64,000 bases of DNA from NCBI GenBank assembly GCA_037379345.1, contig CM074516.1, positions 49,761,626-49,825,625 on the forward strand. The letters run 5' to 3'. This document shows positions 54,520-64,000 of the stretch, piece by piece. Source of the DNA: Perna viridis (Eukaryota). The notes under the pieces are model-generated. The model was given only the letters and a program-made list of their open reading frames with translations. It had not been told where the DNA came from and ran no database searches. Each line of letters opens with the position of its first letter. Within the stretch, counting starts at the first letter, position 1. Position numbers and translations under genes: made by a program.

Positions 54520-54671
54520 ATTTGACTGGTTCCAGAGTGTGAACACTGTGACTTTAGTTATATACACCAAATGTCATCACATGAGACGTGATTGTGTCAT
54601 CATAAATAAATCTCTGTTTACTTTCTTCTCGATGTTATATATAGAGAATTATATTTATTTTGTACATATAG
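54520..54671 (+). CDS. CYB5R4: CYB5R4 coding exon 5 (start of CS/p23 domain)
   Basis: TTTCAG acceptor; (R)FDWFQSVNTVTLVIYTKCHHMRRDCVIINKSLFTFFSMLYIENYIYFVHI (cf. YDWFQTDSLVTIAIYTK..YLIHI); donor G|GTATGT. Confidence 0.93.
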
Positions 54672-55354
54672 GTATGTAACAATTCTTTCAGTGTTTTTGT
54701 TGTGTGTGTCTGTTTTCCATGTCTTGTCTGTGTCCCTGGATTATTTTCTTTTGATTTCCACTAGAATCTTGAGTCCCTTGATTACTCTTTAACATATTAT
54801 CTTTGTGTTCTACTGTTTTGTAGCCATTGAACAAGTGTGGAGCCAGAGATTTACAAAAGTTCTGTTGATACTCAAATACTAAATTTCCTCTATATTTAAT
54901 ATATAACATTTCAAAATTTTCAATTTCATAAGTGGGTGAGGGGCAAGCTGGCCCCTTGGATCAGCAAATGTATTATCATACTGGACAAAAACAGAAATAA
55001 AAAAACAGATACACATGTATCCATTGAATTCTTTTTCCTGACAATAAAACATATCAAAAACTTATCAAAAATAACAAAGTAAGTGACAAGAATATAATTT
55101 TATACATTGTGCTTTATAACAATCATTCATATTTTCCATCATATGTAAATCCTATCAAGTTATAAAAACATATCTTTAAACTCTGTCTTGTGAGTGTTTT
55201 CCATTATATATAAATCCCAACATGTTATAAAAACATGATATCTTTAGACTCTGTCTTGTAAGTGTTTTAGGTTATGTACATTCTAATAATCTTCACATGT
55301 ATAGTAAAGGTAGAAATGGAAATATAAACTGCATATGTTTGATCTATGTTTCAG

Positions 55355-55387
55355 AATTAGAAAATAAAGTCAAAGATAACTATGATG
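55355..55387 (+). CDS. CYB5R4: CYB5R4 coding exon 6 (33-nt micro-exon)
   Basis: TTTCAG acceptor; (E)LENKVKDNYD (cf. GLSHEVQEDFS); donor G|GTAAGA; phase 1/1. Confidence 0.8.
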
Positions 55388-55414
55388 GTAAGATATAGTA
55401 CATTTATTAGTGCA

Positions 55415-58400
55415 TGGATTTGTGTCATGTTGCCACAGTATTATGTTGTGGTCTTGTGTCATGTTGCCACAGTATTATGGTGTGGTCTTGTGTCATGTTG
55501 CCACATTATTAAGATGTGGTTTTGTGTCATGTTGCCACAGTGTTATGGTGTGGTCTTGTGTCATGTTGCCACAGTGTTATGGTGTGGTCTTGTGTCATGT
55601 TGCCACATTTTTAAGATGTGGTTTTGTGTCATGTTGCCACAGTATTATGGTGTGGTCTTGTGTCATGTTGCCACAGTATTATGGTGTGGTCTTGTTTTAT
55701 GTTGCCACAGTATTATGGTGTGGTCTTGTGTCATGTTGCCACATTATTAAGATGTGGTTTTGTGTCATGTTGCCACAGTGTTATGGTGTGGTCTTGTGTC
55801 ATGTTGCCACATTATTAAGATGTGGTTTTGTGTCATGTTGCCACAGTATTATGGTGTGGTCTTGTTTTATGTTGCCACAGTATTATGGTGTGGTCTTGTT
55901 TTATGTTGCCACAGTATTATGGTGTGGTCTTGTGTCATGTTGCCACATTATTAAGATGTGGTTTTGTGTCATGTTGCCACAGTGTTATGGTGTGGTCTTG
56001 TGTCATGTTGCCACATTATTAAGATGTGGTTTTGTGTCAAGTTGCCACAGTATTATGGTGTGGTCTTGTTTTATGTTGCCACAGTATTATGGTGTGGTCT
56101 TGTTTTATGTTGCCACAGTATTATGGTGTGGTCTTGTGTCATGTTGCCACATTATTAAGATGTGGTTTTATGTCATGTTGCCACAGTATTATGGTGTGGT
56201 CTTGTGTCATGTAGCCACAGTATTATGGTGTGGTCTTGTTTTATGTTGCCACAGTATTATGGTGTGGTCTTGTGTCATGTTGCCACATTATTAAGATGTG
56301 GTTTTGTGTCATGTTGCCACAGTGTTATGGTGTGGTCTTGTGTCATGTTGCCACAGTGTTATGGTGTGGTCTTGTGTCATGTTGCCACATTTTTAAGATG
56401 TGGTTTTGTGTCATGTTGCCACAGTATTATGGTGTGGTCTTGTGTCATGTTGCCACAGTATTATGGTGTGGTCTTGTTTTATGTTGCCACAGTATTATGG
56501 TGTGGTCTTGTGTCATGTTGCCACATTATTAAGATGTGGTTTTGTGTCATGTTGCCACAGTGTTATGGTGTGGTCTTGTGTCATGTTGCCACAGTGTTAT
56601 GGTGTGGTCTTGTGTCATGTTGCCACATTTTTAAGATGTGGTTTTGTGTCATGTTGCCACAGTATTATGGTGTGGTCTTGTGTCATGTTGCCACAGTGTT
56701 ATGGTGTGGTCTTGTTTTATGTTGCCACAGTATTATGGTGTGGTCTTGTGTCATGTTGCCACATTATTAAGATGTGGTTTTGTGTCATGTTGCCACAGTG
56801 TTATGGTGTGGTCTTGTGTCATGTTGCCACATTATTAAGATGTGGTTTTGTGTCATGTTGCCACAGTATTATGGTGTGGTCTTGTTTTATGTTGCCACAG
56901 TATTATGGTGTGGTCTTGTTTTATGTTGCCACAGTATTATGGTGTGGTCTTGTGTCATGTTGCCACATTATTAAGATGTGGTTTTGTGTCATGTTGCCAC
57001 AGTGTTATGGTGTGGTCTTGTGTCATGTTGCCACATTATTAGGATGTGGTTTTGTGTCATGTTGCCACAGTATTATGGTGTGGTCTTGTTTTATGTTGCC
57101 ACAGTATTATGGTGTGGTCTTGTGTCATGTTGCCACATTATTAAGATGTGGTTTTATGTCATGTTGCCACAGTATTATGGTGTGGTCTTGTTTTATGTTG
57201 CCACAGTATTATGGTGTGGTCTTGTGTCATGTTGCCACATTATTAAGATGTGGTTTTGTGTCATGTTGCCACAGTGTTATGGTGTGGTCTTGTGTCATGT
57301 TGCCACATTATTAGGATGTGGTTTTGTGTCATGTTGCCACAGTATTATGGTGTGGTCTTGTTTTATGTTGCCACAGTATTATGGTGTGGTCTTGTGTCAT
57401 GTTGCCACATTATTAAGATGTGGTTTTATGTCATGTTGCCACAGTATTATGGTGTGGTGGTCTTGTGTCATGTTGCCACAGTATTATGGTGTGGTCTTGT
57501 TTTATGTTGCCACAGTATTATGGTGTGGTCTTGTGTCATGTTGCCACATTATTAAGATGTGGTTTTGTGTCATGTTGCCACAGTGTTATGGTGTGGTCTT
57601 GTGTCATGTTGCCACAGTGTTATGGTGTGGTCTTGTGTCATGTTGCCACATTTTTAAGATGTGGTTTTGTGTCATGTTGCCACAGTATTATGGTGTGGTC
57701 TTGTGTCATGTTGCCACAGTATTATGGTGTGGTCTTGTTTTATGTTGCCACAGTATTATGGTGTGGTCTTGTATCATGTTGCCACATTATTAAGATGTGG
57801 TTTTGTGTCATGTTGCCACAGTGTTATGGTGTGGTCTTATGTCATGTTGCCACATTATTAAGATGTGGTTTTGTGTCATGTTGCCACAGTATTATGGTGT
57901 GGTCTTGTTTTATGTTGCCACAGTATTATGGTGTGGTCTTGTTTTATGTTGCCACAGTATTATGGTGTGGTCTTGTGTCATGTTGCCACATTATTAAGAT
58001 GTGGTTTTGTGTCATGTTGCCACAGTGTTATGGTGTGGTCTTGTGTCATGTTGCCACATTATTAAGATGTGGTTTTGTGTCATGTTGCCACAGTATTATG
58101 GTGTGGTCTTGTTTTATGTTGCCACAGTATTATGGTGTGGTCTTGTTTTATGTTGCCACAGTATTATGGTGTAGTCTTGTGTCATGTTGCCACATTATTA
58201 AGATGTGGTTTTGTGTCATGTTGCCACAGTATTATGGTGTGGTATTGTTTTATGTTGCCACAGTATTATGGTGTGGTCTTGTTTTATGTTGCCACAGTAT
58301 TGTGGTGTGGTCTTGTGTCATGTTGCCATAGTATTATGGTGTGGTCTTGTGTCATGTTGCCACAGTATTATGGTGTGGTCTTGTGTCATGTTGCCACAGT

Positions 58401-58435
58401 ATTATGGTGTGGTTTTGTTTTATGTTGCCAGTATT
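55415..58435. repeat. 34-bp satellite x~89 with higher-order structure
   Basis: ATGTTGCCACAGTATTATGGTGTGGTCTTGTGTC and about 4 recurring variants. Confidence 0.97.
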
Positions 58436-58779
58436 AAACTTGCTTGTAGTATTAATAAGTGAACTTTGTGGATATAAGACCTTGGGCTAGCATAACCTGA
58501 TATTAGACCTTGGGCCGGCATAACTTATCTCCCTCCTAGGGGGATTTTTGTAGACTTATGTAAGGGTTCATCATTCACATTGTGGATTAGTAAAGGACCA
58601 ATCTTGATTTTCTGAAAGTTAACAGACTAACCATGATCAGTTATGGACTTTCCATGATTTTTTCTGGGGAGGATAATACACAACGTATGTATCTTACCCT
58701 AATTTAATTCTGTGGAATGTAAGTCATTTGCTTAAAGATAGCCATCATTTAACACTTCATATAGCATCACAAATTAATA

Positions 58780-59160
58780 AGAAGACAAAAATATTAGATT
58801 ATTTAATATTTTTAATGAGAGGGAGTTTCTCATGCTTAATTCATTGAGGGCCTTGCCACAAGACGAGATGAGCATGAGAAACTCCCACGAGTTGAAAAAA
58901 ATGTTACATAATCTGTTTATTACTGTTTTGCTGAAGTGTAAGATATTAGTTTTCTATCATTTTAAATTTACCAAACCTAAATATGTAAGTTTTATAAGCA
59001 CTGCAATGTTTCCTTGTGGGACTATTTTTCAGAGGAGTGCTAAGTGACGTCACATAAGTTGTGCAGCTATACGATAATTTTCAATCTCACTCGACTGGCG
59101 TGTGATTGAAAATTATTGTATAGGAAGATCAAAGGGATTTTTAAACTTGATAGCAATGAA
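58780..59160. mobile_element. Palindrome-bearing element, copy 2
   Basis: GAGAGGGAGTTTCTCATGCT...AGCATGAGAAACTCCCACGAGTTGAAAAAA, co-linear with the 52-kb copy. Confidence 0.65.
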
Positions 59161-59407
59161 GAGCAGATCTTAAATGAAAACTTGAATGCATGAAAGAAAC
59201 ATTTCAGATCATTTTCTCTAAAATAGTAAAATTAAAAGCAAAAAGGTGTCCTATTAAAAGTGTATCGATCAAAACTTTTCTTGCAATAATTTTTTGCTAA
59301 AAATGTCACTTTTATAGCAAATGAAATAAAATTGTGTTGACTTCTGAAGAAGCAGGCTTGTCGTGATCACAACTCAATTATTTATAGCTGTCTATTGGGT
59401 ATTAGGG

Positions 59408-60868
59408 AATGGAGAGGCCCACTGTATCCTGGTCACTCAGATGTCAAATTGGAGAGGTCCACTGTGTCCTGGTAACTCAGATGTCAAATTGGAGAGGTCC
59501 ACTGTATCCTGGTCACTCAAATGTAAAATTGGAGAGGTCAGTTGAATATGGTCACTTAAATGTCAAATTGGAGAGGTCTGCTGCATTCTAGTCACTCAAA
59601 TGTCACATTGGAGAGGTCCACTGTATTCTGGTCTCTCAAATGTCAAATTGGAGAGGTCCACTGTATTCTGAACACTCAAATGTCAAATTGGAGAAGTTCA
59701 CCCTATCTTGGTGACTCAAATGTCATATTGGAGAGGTCCACTGTATTCTAGTCACTTAAATGTCAAATTGGAGAGGTCCATGGTATCTTGGTCACTCAAT
59801 GTCAAATTTTAGAGGTTTACTGTATCGTGGTCACTCAAATGTCAAATTGGAAAGGTCTACTGTATTCTAGTCACTCAAAGGATAAATTGGAGAGGTCCAC
59901 TGTATTCTGAAGACTCAAATGTCAAATTGGAGAGGTTCACCATATCCTGGTGACTCAAATGTCATATTGGAGAGGTCCACTGTATTCTAGTCACTCAAAT
60001 GTAGAATTGGAGAGGTCAGCTGAATATGGTCACTTAAATGTCAAATTGGAGAGGTCTGCTGTATTCTAGTCACTAAAATGACAAATTGGAGAAGTCCACT
60101 GTATTCTGGTTTCTCAAATGTCAAATTGGAGAGGTCAACTGTATTCTGGTCACTCAAATGTCAAATTGGAGAGGTTCACCGTATCCTGGTGACTCAAATG
60201 TCACATTGGAGAGGTCCACTGTATTCTAGTCACTTAAATGTCAAATTAGAGAGATCCACTGTATCCTGGTCACTCAAATGTCAAATTGGAGAGGTCCACT
60301 GTATTCTAGTCACTTAAAAGTCATCTTGGAGAAGTCTACTGTGTTCTGGTCACTTATATGTAGAATTGGAGAGGTCTACTGTATCCTAGTCACTTAAGTG
60401 TCAAATTGGAGAGATCAACTGTATCCTAGTCACTTAAGTGTCAAATTGGAGAGATCAACTGTATTCTGGTAACTCTTATCAAATTGGAGAGGTCCACTGT
60501 ATTCTAGTCACTTAAATGTCAAATTAGAGAGATCCACTGTATCCTGGTCACTCAAATGTCAAATTGGAGAGGTCCACTGTATTCTAGTCACTTAAAAGTC
60601 ATCTTGGAGAAGTCTACTGTGTTCTGGTCACTTATATGTAGAATTGGAGAGGTCTACTGTATCCTAGTCACTTAAGTGTCAAATTGGAGAGATCAACTGT
60701 ATTCTGGTAACTCTTATCAAATTGGAGAGGTCCACTGTATTCTAGTCACTTAAATGTCAAATTGGAGAAGTCCATTGTCTTCTGGTAACTCAAATGTCAA
60801 ATTGGAGAAGTCCACTGTCTTCTGATTCCTCAAATGTCAAATTGGAGAAGTCCATTGCATTCTGGTAT
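59408..60868. repeat. 40-bp minisatellite x~36
   Basis: TTGGAGAGGTCCACTGTATTCTGGTCACTCAAATGTCAAA repeated, including a ~278-bp block duplication (60211/60489). Confidence 0.95.
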
Positions 60869-61973
60869 AAAAGTTGTTGAAGAGGTCAAGTTGTTTATTT
60901 AAAAGATTAGAAATAAGAATGTGTAAACTACACTATTCAGTTAAAATGTACTTGATATTTGAAAATACATGTCTTTCAATATTTCTCTTGGTCTTACTTG
61001 GTTAACACGTATGTACATGTATGGTTAGAATAGAAGGTAAAAAAAATACTTCATAAATTTACACGTCTTTTGTGGGTATTCTGATGCCCATTGCAGAGAT
61101 ATTCTACATGTTTGGAAGCAAAATCTATTTGAAATCAATGTCATTTTCACAGTATCACATCTCCATGGAAAAGATTCTGTTTCAAATCCAAAAGAAAGTT
61201 ATGGACCATTTTAAGATTCTGCATGATGTAAATCACAATTAATTGTGGATTTTACTATTTCTCTGTCTGACTTAATTGATTTTTAGTGACATCTGACACC
61301 CCATAATGTACATTTCATTCAGTCATTACCAAAATAAATGACTTTATCCAAGAAGTCATGCAGTGTCTGATTTTTACTGCTCGATTTACAGTAAAGTGCT
61401 TCTAAAGGGTCAGATTATTGTTGTTATGATCATCATACAGAAGAGGAAGTCTGCTACTGAATGATTTTCCTCCAGAATGATTGGTTTCTGTCTGATTATG
61501 TAACGTTATGGAGATTAGAGAGTCAATGGATAGTTTGAAGGAAACGATTATACTGGACATATTGACTAGGAGATTAGAGAGTCTATGACTAGTTTGAAGG
61601 AAGTAACTTTATAGATGTAGTGACAATGTTTTATATACTTCTATTTCCTCTGGGTGGTAGTGGGAAGAAGACAACTTACATGGATCGTATTATCTGTATC
61701 ATAAATAAAAGATTAGATGTACATCATTGTTAAGCTTAGCAATGATCATGCTGTAACCAGTTACAGTGTGTATATCAAATTATTTATTATAACTATTATA
61801 AATACAGAACAAAAGGAATCTAAAAAAAATCAGATTCAATTTAATAGATTATAGAATTTTCAAAATTTGAAACAGAAATATACAGGCTGTGATTTTCATT
61901 GTCTAAGATAACTACAAGTTGTGAAAAGCATTTGTGAAATTATTGGAAAACTTATGAATTATAAATTCTACTT

Positions 61974-63505
61974 ACATTCACACCAGATCACATCATCAGA
62001 TAGTACAGACATTCACATCAGAACTGACAGAGTATACTGACATTCCATTCCATCAGACTATACTGACATTAACAGCAGATCATGACATCAGATTATACAG
62101 ACATTCTCACAAGATCATGACATCAGGTAGTACAGACATTCACACCAGATCATGACATTTGTTTCTTCAGACATTCATACAAGAGTGGGGCATCAGATTG
62201 TACAGACATTCACACCAGATCATGACATCTGTTTCTTCAGACATTCACATCAGAGCATGACATCAAAATTTACTGACATTCCATTGCATCAGACTATACT
62301 GACATTAACAGCAGATCATGACATCAGATTATACAGACATTCTCACCAGATCATGACATCAGATTATACAGACATTCTCACCAGTTCATGACATCAGGTT
62401 ATACAGACATTCACACCAGATCTAGATCATGGCATCAGATTGTACAGATATTCACACCAGATCATGACATTTGTTTCTTCAGACATTCATACAAGAGCAT
62501 GGCATCAGATTGTGCAGACATTCACACCAGATCATGACATCTGTTTCTTCAGACATTCATACCAGAGCATGACATCAGATTGTGCAGACATTCACACCAG
62601 ATCATGATATCAGATTATACAGACATACACACCAGATCATGACATCTGTTTCTTCAGACATTCACACTAGATCATGTCATCAGAAAGTACAGACATTCAC
62701 ACCAGGTCATGTCATCAGAAAGTACAGACATTCACACCAGATCATGGCATCAGATTGTTCAGACATTCACACCAGATCATGACATCAGATTGTACAGACA
62801 TTCACACCAGATCATGGCATCAGATTGTACAGATATTCATACCAGATTATGACATCTGTTTCTTCAGACATTCATACCAGTTCATGTCATCAGATTGTAC
62901 AGACATTCATACCAGATTATGACATCTGTTTCTTCAGACATTCACACTAGATCATGTCATCGGAAAGTACAGACATTCACACCAGGTCATGTCATCAGAA
63001 AGTACAGACATTCACACCAGATCATGGCATCAGATTGTTCAGACATTCACACCAGATCATGACATCAGATTGTACAGACATTCACACTAGATCATGACAT
63101 CAGATGGTACAGACATTCACACCAGATCATGACATCAGATAGTACAGACATTCACACCAGGTCATGACATTTGTTTCTTCAGACATTCACACCAGATCAT
63201 GGTATCAGATTGTACAGACATTCACACCAGATCAAATCATCAGATAGTGCAGACATTCACACCAGATCATGGTATCAGATTGTACAGACATTCACACCAA
63301 ATCATGACATCAACTTGTACAGACATTCACACCAGATCATTACATCTGTTTCTTCAGACATTCACACTAGATCATGGTATCAGATTGTACAGACATTTAC
63401 AGAAATTCACACCAGATCATGGCATCAGATTGTAGAGACATTCACACCAAATCATGACATCAAATAGTACAGATATTCACACAAGATCATGGCATCAGAT
63501 TGTAC
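61974..63505. repeat. 35/37-bp minisatellite x~43
   Basis: ACAGACATTCACACCAGATCATGACATCAGATTGT, with a CATCTGTTTCTT variant. Confidence 0.95.
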
Positions 63506-64000
63506 CAGGCGTCCTGAAGTTTCTTTTGAGTTGAAGTTGTTTGTAACTCCTTTTTAGGAATTATTGCAATTCAATTGAAAAAAAATGACAACATTCATTT
63601 TGATAGTGTGTAACTAGTGCTGTCAGATCTGTAATTACCTGTATACTAGTACATGTATTATTGTAGAGTGGAAGATCATAAGGTCATAAAAGACTTAATT
63701 CTACTTCAGATTTGTTAATTAGAATTTTTGTTTGTCAGCAATATTTTAATAAAATTGATACCAAATGTAACAATGACAATTATTTTAGACAATTTCTGGT
63801 GAGGGACATGGGGAACTGTTCTTTTATTCCTTCTGTCTGAAATACTTTAACAGATTGAAAGAAATAAAGTATTCCTATTAAAATTTCCTTCTATTCTAGT
63901 AATTAGGGCCCTGTCAATATGTGACTGACATCCTCTAGTTTTCACACTATTTGTCTGTCCATCCATTGGTAACAAATTGTGTCTGGGATGTAACTTTGTT

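Noticed and set aside
55382-58462. Many Cys/Val-rich ORFs
   Set aside because: They are frame-cycling products of a 34-bp satellite inside a CYB5R4 intron.
58440-64000. Next CYB5R4 exon (rest of CS domain, reductase domain)
   Set aside because: No convincing match found by eye; it probably lies beyond the window.

Overview
AT-rich, CpG-depleted eukaryotic genomic DNA. The repeat types (HINE/Helentron-like, MetaSINE-like, Kolobok-like) suggest a bivalve mollusc, which is an inference. The only recognisable host gene is CYB5R4/NCB5OR on the + strand: six in-frame GT-AG coding exons between 39320 and 55387 encode the cytochrome b5 domain and the start of the CS domain, and the rest of the gene lies downstream of what I could identify. 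The first ~10.5 kb holds decayed transposons: a Ty3/gypsy pol fragment fused to a CR1/L2-group LINE, and an RTEX-like LINE carrying two nested MULE-like TIR elements. From ~11.5 kb onward, about 20 unrelated minisatellite arrays (23-71 bp units, roughly a quarter of the window) fill the sequence, often right next to exons. The most interesting candidates are (i) a ~520-bp TSD-flanked retroposon, present twice, with no tRNA head but a pseudoknot-plus-core 5' RNA structure, and (ii) a second dispersed repeat whose 5' end has partial HDV-like pairing. All long ORFs in the satellites are treated as artefacts.
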